Source: Trueperaceae bacterium (lineage in GTDB: Bacteria; Deinococcota; Deinococci; Deinococcales; Trueperaceae). From it: a stretch of 64,000 nt of DNA. Both the position numbers and the translations under genes were made by a program. Below the pieces are notes generated by a model. The model saw nothing but the letters and a program-made list of their open reading frames with translations. It made no database searches and was not told the origin of the DNA. Shown one piece after another: positions 21,067-29,794 of the stretch. The DNA is taken from the NCBI GenBank assembly GCA_034520945.1, contig JAXHNB010000002.1:367759-431758 (forward strand). The letters run 5' to 3'. The number at the start of each line of letters is the position of its first letter. Position 1 is the stretch's first letter.

Positions 21067-22413
21067 TCACGCGGCGCCGCGGCACTGCCGGGCCAGCCAG
21101 CGTTCCACCGCGGCGATGTTGTCCGGCGTGGTGACGACGTACAGGTGATCATCGTGCTGGATGGTCGTCTCGCCGGAGGGGATCAGCACCTTGTCCTTGC
21201 GCACGATCGCGCCGATCAGGCTGTGCGGCGGGGCGCCCAGGTCGCGCACCTTGCCGACCTTGGCGGTGCGGGGGTAGGTGACCTCCATCACCTCGGCGCG
21301 GTCCTCGATGCTGGCCAGGTGGTCGACTTCGTCGACCCGCAGCCAGTTCAGCACCTCCTGCAACGCGGCGGTGCGCGGCGTCAGCGGCGCGTCGATGCCG
21401 ACCCGCTCGAACAGCCGGCGGTTGCGGGTGCGCCCCACCCGCGTGATCACCTTCGGTACGCCCAACTGCTTGGCCAACAGGCTGGTCAGCAGGTTCTTGC
21501 TGTCGTCGTCGGTGACGGCCACCACCACGTCGCTGTCGTCCAGGCGTTCCTGCTCCATCAACTCGAGCTCGGTGCCGTCCCCTAGCAGAACGAGCGCGTT
21601 GGGGAGGAGCTGCGCCAGCTTCTGGCAGCGCGCCTCGTTGGAATCGATGATGGTGATCCGAGCCCCGATCTCCTGCAGCCGTTCGGCGACCATGAACCCG
21701 ACGTTCCCGCCGCCGACGATGGCGACGCGCGGTCCCTTCTTGCGGGGCGCGAAGCGGCGTTCGACCGCGCTCATGCTTTCGCGCGTCCCCATGAACACCA
21801 CCTTGTCTTCGGGGCGGAGCACGGTCGTGCCCGAGGGAATGACGAAACTATCGTCCCGGATCGACCCCACCAGCAGCGCGCGGGGCGGCAGGTCGACCTC
21901 GGCCAAGGAGCGGCCCAGGAACGGGTCGCCCTCTCGCAGGCGGTACTCCAACAGGTGGATGCGGCCGCCCGCGAAGCTGGCGCTGTCCACGGCGCGCGGG
22001 ACGCGCACGATGTCGGTGATCTGCTTGGCGAGGGTTCGCTGCGGCCACAGCACCCGGTCGATGACCAGGCCGATCTGCGACATCGCGCCCTTGTGGGCGA
22101 ACGCGTCCAGGTAACGCTGGCGGGACACGAACGCCATGGTGCGCTCGGCACCCAGGCCCTTCGCCGCCAGGCAGGCCAGCACGTTGACGTCGTCGTTCGG
22201 GGTGCAGGCGATGAAGCGGTCGCACGATGCCACGTCCGCCTGCTTCAGGTCGTCCGGGTCGGCGCCGTTGCCCCGCACGAAGCGCACGTCGAGCGTCTCG
22301 AACGACTGCGCCCGCGTCTCTTGTTGGTCCATGACCGTCACGTTGTGGGTGCGGTGGAGCGCGCCGGCGATCTGCTGCCCGACATCGCCCCCGCCGACGA
22401 GGACGAGGTTCAT
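21067..22413 (-). CDS. trkA: Trk potassium uptake regulatory protein (tandem RCK domains)
   Basis: Two GxGxxG motifs (VGGGDVG, VGGGNVG); 448 aa; adjacent to trkH. Confidence 0.93.
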   Translation of the reverse strand: MNLVLVGGGDVGQQIAGALHRTHNVTVMDQQETRAQSFETLDVRFVRGNGADPDDLKQADVASCDRFIACTPNDDVNVLACLAAKGLGAERTMAFVSRQRYLDAFAHKGAMSQIGLVIDRVLWPQRTLAKQITDIVRVPRAVDSASFAGGRIHLLEYRLREGDPFLGRSLAEVDLPPRALLVGSIRDDSFVIPSGTTVLRPEDKVVFMGTRESMSAVERRFAPRKKGPRVAIVGGGNVGFMVAERLQEIGARITIIDSNEARCQKLAQLLPNALVLLGDGTELELMEQERLDDSDVVVAVTDDDSKNLLTSLLAKQLGVPKVITRVGRTRNRRLFERVGIDAPLTPRTAALQEVLNWLRVDEVDHLASIEDRAEVMEVTYPRTAKVGKVRDLGAPPHSLIGAIVRKDKVLIPSGETTIQHDDHLYVVTTPDNIAAVERWLARQCRGAA

Positions 22414-22495
22414 ACGCGCGCCATCTTAGCCGACGGGTCGCGTGGCGTCCGGCACTGATGGACGTCGCGCCTGCGCGGCCCCGGCCGGGGGGCGC

Positions 22496-24046
22496 TCAAC
22501 GACGCCGGACCGCCGCGAACGCCGAGGTGGCGACGCCCAGGCCGAGCAGCAGCCATGGGGTGAGGTGCCCGTGGCGCACGTACGGGGTGACGCCGTCCAG
22601 GCGGGCGTACGAGACGCGCAAGGTGCCGCGCTCCCCGCGGGGCAGCGCCTCCACGGTGCGGCCCAATGGGTCCACGGCAGCGGTGATGCCGTCGTTCCCG
22701 GCGCGCAACAACCAACGACGCGTCTCGATCGCCCGCAGGCGCCCCATGTCGAAGTGCTGGCGCGCGCCGTTCCCGCGGGAGAACCAGGCGTCGTTGGTGA
22801 TGTTGATCAGCACCTCGGCGCCGCCCTGCACCATTCCGCGGGGAATGCGTGGGAACACCGACTCGTAGCAGACGTAGGCCGCCACCCGGCCGGCGCCCGT
22901 CTCCAACGGCCGCGGCCCCGGCCCCGGCACCGTGTTCTCGAGCAGGGGCAGCCCGAACAGGCCGAAGATCGCGCGGTACAACGGCGCCGCCACCTCGAGC
23001 AGGGGCCAGCGTTCCCCGAACGGCACCAGCACGTGCTTGTCGTAGCGGTCGGACAGCGCGCCGCCCCGAATCGCGAACACGGCGTTGGTGCTGCCCCCCT
23101 CAGTGCGGGCCCGCCCGCCCACGACGAACGCGCTCTGCGGCGCGGCCTCCTGAATGGCGCGGCGGGCCGGTTCGCCGCGGAACCCCTCCAGCGGATAGCC
23201 CAGCACCGCCCCCTCGGGCCAGATGACCAGGTCGGGCGGGTCCTGGCCGACGGCGCTCTCGGTCAGTTCGACGTGCACGTCGAGGTCGCGGTCTGCGCCC
23301 GCCGCCCGACCGAACGGATCGACGTCGCCCTGCACCAACAGCGCGCTGCGCTCCGCGGCGGGGAGGTCGGCCTCGATCCCGCCGGCCCGCAGGTCGCCGC
23401 CCCACCACGCCAGCAGGACCAGCACCAGCGCCAGCGGCGGTCCGAACATCGACGCGTTGGAACGCGGCGGCGCGGTGCGCGACGCGTCGCTGCCCGCGCC
23501 GCGGTCCGTAGCGGGGGACCGCCGTACGAACGGCGCGGCCAGGAGCGCCGCGGCCCAGGTCGTGAACAGGCTCAGTCCGTGGACGCCGACCAGGTCCGCC
23601 CACTGCGCCACGGGCGTATCCAGCCAGGCGTACCCGAGCGTGCCCCACGGGAAGCCGAGGAAGCCCAGGCCCCGCAGCCAGGTCATCAGCACCCAGAAGG
23701 TAGCCAGCACGAACAGCGTCGGCGCGCCGCCCCGCCCGACCCAGCGGGCGGCGGCGACCGTCGCGCCCCAGATCGCCCCCAATGCCGCCAGCAGGAACGG
23801 GAACAACACCCAGAACACCGGGCCCAGCAGGTCGCTGAAGCTGGCCGGCAACCACAGCACGTGCAGTGCGAAGAACGCCACCGCCGCGGCGAACGCCACC
23901 CAGAAGGCCGCCCGCGGACCCGGACTTCCAGCCACGAGCGCGAACACGACGGCCAGCGCCGCGACGGCGAACCACGCGGGGGACGGGGGCAGCGACGTCG
24001 ACAGGACGATCCCGGCGGCGGCCGCCAACAGCAGCCGAATGATCAC
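22496..24046 (-). CDS. lnt: Apolipoprotein N-acyltransferase
   Basis: GFPWGTLGY, IWPEGA, YDKHVLVPFGE, VCYES, ITNDAWF, RAIETRR, RAGNDGIT. Confidence 0.95.
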   Translation of the reverse strand: MIIRLLLAAAAGIVLSTSLPPSPAWFAVAALAVVFALVAGSPGPRAAFWVAFAAAVAFFALHVLWLPASFSDLLGPVFWVLFPFLLAALGAIWGATVAAARWVGRGGAPTLFVLATFWVLMTWLRGLGFLGFPWGTLGYAWLDTPVAQWADLVGVHGLSLFTTWAAALLAAPFVRRSPATDRGAGSDASRTAPPRSNASMFGPPLALVLVLLAWWGGDLRAGGIEADLPAAERSALLVQGDVDPFGRAAGADRDLDVHVELTESAVGQDPPDLVIWPEGAVLGYPLEGFRGEPARRAIQEAAPQSAFVVGGRARTEGGSTNAVFAIRGGALSDRYDKHVLVPFGERWPLLEVAAPLYRAIFGLFGLPLLENTVPGPGPRPLETGAGRVAAYVCYESVFPRIPRGMVQGGAEVLINITNDAWFSRGNGARQHFDMGRLRAIETRRWLLRAGNDGITAAVDPLGRTVEALPRGERGTLRVSYARLDGVTPYVRHGHLTPWLLLGLGVATSAFAAVRRR

Positions 24047-24076
24047 GGCGCCCAGGCTAGCACGGCCGGACGCGAC

Positions 24077-25231
24077 TCAGGGGGCGCCTGCCTGCCCTGC
24101 GCGGCCGTGCAGCAGCGCCGCGACCAGCGCGACGCGGTCCAGGGTGGCCTGCACCCGGAGGTGCTCGTGCCGGGCGTGCGCGCCACCCCCCACCGAGCCG
24201 AGCCCGTCCAGGGTGGGCACGCCGAGCGCCGAGGTGAAGTTGCCGTCCGACACGCCCCCGACCACGGCGGTGTCCGCCTCCTGCCCCATGGCGCGCAGGC
24301 AGGCCTGCGCCTCCGCCGCCAGGGCCCGGTTGGCCGGCGTCGGCTCCATCGGCCCACGGTTGATGCCCCCCTCCAGGCGGAAGGTGACCCCCTCCACCGC
24401 GGCGTCATGGTCGGCCAGCGCCGCGGCGACCCGTTCCCCCTCGGCGAGGCGCAAGAAGCGCACGTCGACGCTGGCCCGGGCCGACTCGGCGATCACGTTG
24501 GTCACCGTGCCCCCCTGCACCACGGTGACCGCCACGGTCGTGCCGGCGTCCAGGTCGGCCAGCCCCTCGGCGAAGAGCACGAACTGCGCCAGCGCCCGCA
24601 CGGCGCTGGCGCCGCGTTCCGGTTCGGTGCCGGCGTGGGCGCTGCGGCCGGCGAAGTGGGCGGTGAACAGGCCCACGCCCTTGCGACCGACCTTGAGGGC
24701 GCCGTCCTCCCGGCCGGGTTCGAGTACCAGCACCCGCGCGTGTCGCCGGGCCTCCGCCTCGATGGCCGCGCGGGAGTACGCGCTGCCCGCCTCCTCGTCC
24801 GGGGTGAGCAGCAGCGTGACGGGGCCGCGGGGCCCCCCGGCCTCGCGCACCAGGCGCATGGCGTGCACGGCGTTGACGATGCCCGCCTTCATGTCGAGGG
24901 CGCCGGGACCGTACACCACGTCGTCCTCGTGCCGCCACGGCATCTCGTTCAGGGTGCCGGCCGGCCACACCGTGTCGTAGTGCGCCAGCAGCAAGGTTCC
25001 GTCCTGGGGGTCGCCGCCGTCCAGGCGGGCGGTGAGCAGAGCGCCGGCCGCGGTCTCGGTGCGGGTCACCGTCCAGTCGTCGCCCGCCAGCAGGGCAGCG
25101 AGATGGTCGGCGAGGCGCTGGGCGCGCTCCAGGTCGAAGGTGGGCGATTCGAGCGCCACCAGGGCGTGCAACGTCTCCAGAAACGAAGACGAACGTGCCG
25201 ACGCCTGCCGGCGGAAGGTGTGAGCGTTCAT
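24077..25231 (-). CDS. M20 family metallopeptidase (glutamate carboxypeptidase-like)
   Basis: LAHYDTVW, GPGALDMKAG, PDEEAGS, GRSAHAG, GGVSDGN, GGGAHARHE. Confidence 0.9.
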   Translation of the reverse strand: MNAHTFRRQASARSSSFLETLHALVALESPTFDLERAQRLADHLAALLAGDDWTVTRTETAAGALLTARLDGGDPQDGTLLLAHYDTVWPAGTLNEMPWRHEDDVVYGPGALDMKAGIVNAVHAMRLVREAGGPRGPVTLLLTPDEEAGSAYSRAAIEAEARRHARVLVLEPGREDGALKVGRKGVGLFTAHFAGRSAHAGTEPERGASAVRALAQFVLFAEGLADLDAGTTVAVTVVQGGTVTNVIAESARASVDVRFLRLAEGERVAAALADHDAAVEGVTFRLEGGINRGPMEPTPANRALAAEAQACLRAMGQEADTAVVGGVSDGNFTSALGVPTLDGLGSVGGGAHARHEHLRVQATLDRVALVAALLHGRAGQAGAP

Positions 25232-25265
25232 GGGCGGCATGCTACCGCCCCGGACGCGCGCAGGA

Positions 25266-25592
25266 TCACTCGGCGTCGGAGGGGACGCGGCGGCGGGTGC
25301 GCCGCAGGCGCTCCGCCAGTTCGCGCACGTGGGGTTCCTTGGTGGTGCGCGCGTAGCTGTATCCGATGCGGAAGTCGCCGTCGGCGCGGCCCGGATCGAC
25401 GTCCCGCTCGATCTGGGCGCGCGAGAGGTACACCTGCGCCAGCAAGACGTCGCGCATGCGTTGCGGCTTTACGGCGTGCAGGTCCAACAGGGCGTCCTGG
25501 AACGCGACCTGCGCGCCGCGCACGTCGCCACGTTCGGCCAGGGCGGTGCCCCGCTTGTAGTGCCGGGCCGCGCTGAAGAGGAGTTCGCGCAC
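25266..25592 (-). CDS. Small helical (TPR-like) hypothetical protein, 108 aa
   Basis: C-terminal part of ORF 25266..26513 is protein-like from GTG 25592; preceded by TATGCT-N6. Confidence 0.7.
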   Translation of the reverse strand: MRELLFSAARHYKRGTALAERGDVRGAQVAFQDALLDLHAVKPQRMRDVLLAQVYLSRAQIERDVDPGRADGDFRIGYSYARTTKEPHVRELAERLRRTRRRVPSDAE

Positions 25593-25662
25593 GCCGAGAG
25601 CATACCCGCCGCGTGGGGCCGGGCATGCAGGGCATGCAGGGCGCGCGGGATGGCCGGCCGCG

Positions 25663-26652
25663 TCACGAGCCCGGCGCCTCCCCGAACGGGCGCTCCAGCC
25701 CGAGCCGCGCCGCCTCGCGCGCCGCCTCCGGGGCCCAGTCGAGGGCCAGCGCGCCCCGATAGGCGCGCCGGGCATCGTCACGACGGCCGGCCAGGTCGTA
25801 CAACTGGCCCAGCCGGGCCAGCAGCCAGCCCGGCACGTGGTACGGCCGCGAGAAATCGCCGCGGCTGGCCTGCTCCAAAACCTCGAGCGCTTCGGCCGGG
25901 TGGCCGTGCGCCAGCAGCACGTCGGCCTCCGCCAGCCGGGCCTCGGCCCCGGCCAACTCGCGCAACGCCTCCAGCAGGCGCGCCGGTTCGCGCGCCTCGC
26001 CCGACAAGGCCGAATCCAACAGCGCGCGCCGGCGCGCCTCGTCGCTCGGTGGCGCCACGGTCGCGAACGCCGCGTCGTCCCCCAGGCGGCCCAGCAACGG
26101 CGGCAGGTGCTCGATCGGGGCGAGGACGACCGTGCGGCCGCGGGCGGCCCGCCGTAGATCCGCGGCCATGCGATCGGCGCGGTTTTCGAGCCAGTCGGTG
26201 CCGGGACCGTCGCCGAACAACTCCAGGCGCGTGTCGTGAACCGCTTGCACTGCGGGAAGCAGCTCCCGCACGATCCGCTCCTGGTCCAAGGCGGCCTCCA
26301 GGAGCGCGCGCATCGGCGCCTCGGCGTCGGCCAGACGCTCCATGGCGGGGCGCGCGGCCGTCGCCTCGGACAGGTAGCGCTCCAGGTCCGCCCGCGCCGC
26401 CGGGTCGGGGGAGGGGGCCGCGGCCCCCCGGAGCGGAACGCCTCGTGCGTGGGCCCAGGGCACGACCGCCATGGGGAGGGCCACCTCCTCGGTGGTCTTC
26501 CAGTCGGGCTCACGGAACGCGCCCGCAGGGAGGGCGGTGGTGAGCACCAGCTCGGGTGCCTCGGCCGCCACCACGTCGCGGACCGTGACGGCGTTGTAGC
26601 GGGGGAAGCGAAGGTGGAACGGGCCGACCAGCGGCACCAGACGAAGGGCCAT
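25663..26652 (-). CDS. Hypothetical protein with C-terminal TPR repeats
   Basis: Starts MALRLVPLVGPFHLRFPRYN after TACCAT-N6; TPR-like LARLGQLYDLAGRRDDARRAYRGAL. Confidence 0.8.
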   Translation of the reverse strand: MALRLVPLVGPFHLRFPRYNAVTVRDVVAAEAPELVLTTALPAGAFREPDWKTTEEVALPMAVVPWAHARGVPLRGAAAPSPDPAARADLERYLSEATAARPAMERLADAEAPMRALLEAALDQERIVRELLPAVQAVHDTRLELFGDGPGTDWLENRADRMAADLRRAARGRTVVLAPIEHLPPLLGRLGDDAAFATVAPPSDEARRRALLDSALSGEAREPARLLEALRELAGAEARLAEADVLLAHGHPAEALEVLEQASRGDFSRPYHVPGWLLARLGQLYDLAGRRDDARRAYRGALALDWAPEAAREAARLGLERPFGEAPGS

Positions 26653-26707
26653 GGGGGGATGGTACCGTCGGAGCCGCGTGCGGTCTGACGCGTGGAAGGG
26701 AGTCACC

Positions 26708-28150
26708 GTGTACGGACAACCACGATCTCCCTCGTGGCATCGCGACGTGCTCTGGGCCGCCGCGCTGGTGACGTTGATCGCCACCATGGTCGCCGTGACC
26801 GCCTTCGCCTGGTCCCGGCTGGCCGACGAGGTGCGCGGGCCGCGGGCGATCGCAGAAGCGTTGCGGGTCACGCTCGTTCCCAACGACGGCGCATCGAGTG
26901 CGTTGAACGTACGCGACGACACTTTTTCGGTCGACGGGCCGTTCGAGGTTCTGGCGGGCTCCGGCGTGCAGGTCGACCCGACGGAGGTCCCGACCTTCGA
27001 CGCCGACGCCGCCATCGACCGCATCGCGGGCGTGTGGTCGGGACGCCTGGTGGACGGGGGGAGGGACGCGCTGCTGGCCGAGGTGTCCGATCCTGCGTTG
27101 TCGGCGCAGCTGGCGCGCGCCCTGGACGGTCCCGCGCCGGCGTTGATGGAGGCGGAACTGGCGGAGGAGATGCTCCCCTCGGGCCTGACGGACGGGTCGC
27201 GGCTGGCCAATTGGGAGCTCCAGGCCCAGCAGAGCCCCGGTGCAGAGGTCCAGCCCGTCGTGGGCATGTTCGTGTTCGTGGACCCAGGTGAGCTTCAGGG
27301 CCTGTCCGACCGTCAGATCGGCGTGCGCGTCGTCTCGGGCCTGAGCGAGGTCGTCATGACCGAGGGCGCGGACGCCGCCCGCGACGCCGTGACCAACCAG
27401 AACCTGACGGCGCGGCTCGAGCAGGGGCTTAGCCAGGGCCGCGCCGCCGTTCACGACCTGTTCGAGACCCTGCTCACGCCGCGGCGCGCCGCGTTGGAGG
27501 CACGCCTGGACGAAGCGAGGGCCTTGCTGGCCGACACCGCGTCGGCGCCCCAGGGCTTGGCCGGCCTCCTGCCCGAGAGCGAGCTGGCGGGCCTGTCCCA
27601 GGAGGCCGCCAACGCGCGCGTCTTGGAGGCGCTGTCGGAACGTACCTGGGAGGAGGGCGCGGGGGCGCTCGCGTCGTTGCTGCAGAACGATCCGCGGGCC
27701 GAGCGGCTCGATTCGGCGCGTCCGGTGGTCGCGGCGTTCACCCGTGGTGCGCGCAACGGCGCGCTTCGCGTCGCGTACGCCGCAGCCGCGGTGGCGGTGC
27801 TGGCCGGGCTGGTGGCGGCGCTGCTGGCCCGTGGCGCGGGGCGCGTGGCGCGCCCCGGGATCGCGGTGCTGCTCGGGGCCGCGCCGGGTTCGTGGTTGGC
27901 CTGGACGGCCCAGCGCCACGACCTCGGCGCAGGCGACGTGAGCGTGCCGCCGACCGTGATCGGGGGCGGCGCCTTCAGCGCGCTGGAGGGCCTGCTTTCC
28001 TACCTGGCGACGGCGGTGCCCGACGGCGCGATCGCGGCCGTTCTGCGCGTGCACCTCGTGGCGGCCGGGATCGGGGCCGCGCTGCTGTTGGTGGCGGTGG
28101 TCGTGTTGGCGAGCCGGGCCGTTCGTCCGCGGCGCCGCGGCTACCTGTGA
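26708..28150 (+). CDS. Membrane protein with three ~100-aa extracytoplasmic repeats
   Basis: GAAGGGAG SD; one N-terminal TM and about three C-terminal TMs; internal repeats at 26972, 27278, 27569. Confidence 0.8.
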   Translation: MYGQPRSPSWHRDVLWAAALVTLIATMVAVTAFAWSRLADEVRGPRAIAEALRVTLVPNDGASSALNVRDDTFSVDGPFEVLAGSGVQVDPTEVPTFDADAAIDRIAGVWSGRLVDGGRDALLAEVSDPALSAQLARALDGPAPALMEAELAEEMLPSGLTDGSRLANWELQAQQSPGAEVQPVVGMFVFVDPGELQGLSDRQIGVRVVSGLSEVVMTEGADAARDAVTNQNLTARLEQGLSQGRAAVHDLFETLLTPRRAALEARLDEARALLADTASAPQGLAGLLPESELAGLSQEAANARVLEALSERTWEEGAGALASLLQNDPRAERLDSARPVVAAFTRGARNGALRVAYAAAAVAVLAGLVAALLARGAGRVARPGIAVLLGAAPGSWLAWTAQRHDLGAGDVSVPPTVIGGGAFSALEGLLSYLATAVPDGAIAAVLRVHLVAAGIGAALLLVAVVVLASRAVRPRRRGYL

Positions 28151-29100
28151 GCGGCGTCCGGGCGGACGGGCTCGTCGGTGGCGCGCCACAGGTCCGGCTC
28201 CAAGCCCGCCTCGGCCACCATGGCCTCCAGATCGGCCGTGGGCAGGGGGTGACGGCCCGCCACGGCCACGAACGCCGCCTCCAGCAGGTTGGTCGGTAGG
28301 CTCCGCCCGTCGTACCGGGGGGTCGTGGTGGCCACGGCCTTCACGCCGCGCGCCGCGAGGTCGGCCATGTCGGCGGGGGTGGTGGTGTTGGTCAGCACCG
28401 TGATGCCCCTCAGGTCATGGGGCGCGTAGCGGGCCAGGAAGTGGAAGTCGCCCGCGATCACCTCCTGACCCTGGAACAGCCGGGCGCGCCACCCGCTCGC
28501 GGAGGCGCGCTGCTTACGGCCGGTCGGATAGACCCAGTCGAACGGCAGCTTCGTCACCACCGGTGCCAGGACGCGGGCGATGGCGGCGATGGTGGCCGGA
28601 CGGCGGACGGAAATGGGAACCCCCAACAAGAACGGCAGGTCCCCCAGCGTCAACACGGCGCCGTGGGCGTACAGCGCCTCGGTCATGCCCCAACGATCGA
28701 TCGCGGAGGTGACCAGCACGCGGCGGCCGCGCCAGGCCAGCGTCTCGTCCAGGTGCGCCACGGCGCGTCGTTCGAGCGTGGTCTTCAGGCCCGCCCCGCA
28801 CACCACCGGAACGCGCCCGGCGTGGCGGGCCAGGGCGGCGCTTTCGCGGATCTCGTAGCGTCGCGACCCCACCACCAGCTCCAGGTCGGCTCCGCCCAGC
28901 CCGAAGGCGTCGGCCTCGCCTTGCAGGCGCGCGTAGGTACGGGCCGCCTCGCGCAGGTCGCCGTCGGTGCCGATCCGTTCCAGCCGCACGCGACGTCCCA
29001 ACAGCGCGATCTCGGCGGCGAAGTCGCGGTGGGGAGACCCGCGGGAGACGCTGACGACGCGCAGCGGCCGTGCGGGATCGTCCGTGCGCGGGCTGGGCAT
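28141..29100 (-). CDS. Conserved protein of the family commonly annotated quinate 5-dehydrogenase (function unverified)
   Basis: RVVSVSRGS..RD, LERIGTDGD, DAFGLGG, PVVCGAGLK.TLER, VIAGDFH, TNTTT, GRSLPTNLLEA. Confidence 0.65.
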   Translation of the reverse strand: MPSPRTDDPARPLRVVSVSRGSPHRDFAAEIALLGRRVRLERIGTDGDLREAARTYARLQGEADAFGLGGADLELVVGSRRYEIRESAALARHAGRVPVVCGAGLKTTLERRAVAHLDETLAWRGRRVLVTSAIDRWGMTEALYAHGAVLTLGDLPFLLGVPISVRRPATIAAIARVLAPVVTKLPFDWVYPTGRKQRASASGWRARLFQGQEVIAGDFHFLARYAPHDLRGITVLTNTTTPADMADLAARGVKAVATTTPRYDGRSLPTNLLEAAFVAVAGRHPLPTADLEAMVAEAGLEPDLWRATDEPVRPDAAHR

Positions 29101-29103
29101 CGA

Positions 29104-29694
29104 TCACTCCTCCTTGGAGACGACGGCGATCTGGTCGTCGAAGTGCTTGGAGATCCGCCCGCTGATCTGCGTCCCGAACTGGCGCAGCATCCACAGTTCG
29201 GGGATGATCTCGGTGACCAGCTCGCCCCCGTCGAAGATCCGCACCATCGAGCTCTCCGACAGCACCACCGCGACCGCCCGCGTGTGCGCGCTGATGGAGG
29301 CGGCGGCCATGTGCCGGCTGCCGAGCCCCAGGGGCAGCTCGATCCCCTCGGCGCTGGAGGACAGGAAGCGGCAGGCGGCCACCGCCACGCCCGCGTCGGA
29401 CACCACGAAGGCGCCGTCGAGTTGGGCCAGCTCCTTCAAGGTCTCCCGCACGTTGGGGTCCTCGACGCGCTTGTCCTCGTCGGGGTGACCCGCCAGCGGG
29501 TCCAGGATCAAGGGGCGCGATCGTGCCAGCACCGCGGCGTGATCGCCGACGGTGAACAGGGTGCCGATCTTGCGTCCTTCGCGGCCCTCCCGGGCCAGCT
29601 CCAGCGTGATCAGCGTCACCTGCTGCAATACCTGCGGGTCGCAGCTGCGCTTGGCGAGGTAGGCGTCGTCGAACAGCGCAACGTCACGAAACAT
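29104..29694 (-). CDS. Stand-alone diadenylate cyclase (DAC/DisA_N domain)
   Basis: EGREGRKIGTLFTVGD, KELAQLDGAFVV (DGA), GLGSRHMAA (RHR-type motif), VVLSES; no TM segment. Confidence 0.85.
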   Translation of the reverse strand: MFRDVALFDDAYLAKRSCDPQVLQQVTLITLELAREGREGRKIGTLFTVGDHAAVLARSRPLILDPLAGHPDEDKRVEDPNVRETLKELAQLDGAFVVSDAGVAVAACRFLSSSAEGIELPLGLGSRHMAAASISAHTRAVAVVLSESSMVRIFDGGELVTEIIPELWMLRQFGTQISGRISKHFDDQIAVVSKEE

Positions 29695-29732
29695 CAGCGA
29701 CGGACCTGGGGGCGGGGCACGAGGCGGCGCAT
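29694..29732 (-). CDS. Candidate leaderless leader peptide MRRLVPRPQVRR coupled to the diadenylate cyclase
   Basis: TAGGCT-N6-ATG at 29732; its TGA shares a base with the DAC ATG (TGATG). Confidence 0.45.
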   Translation of the reverse strand: MRRLVPRPQVRR

Positions 29733-29794
29733 GTCCCGAGCCTAGCGTGCCGACGCGACGCGCGCGAATCGGAGGCCGCTGCTACAGTCTCGGC

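Noticed and set aside
22442..25576. Very long alternative ORFs (e.g. 22442..25576 +, 50644..53823 -, 38312..40981 -, 30870..33350 -, 16992..19409 +)
   Set aside because: Antisense or off-frame shadows of clear genes, expected at this GC content; Arg/Gly/Pro-rich with no motifs.
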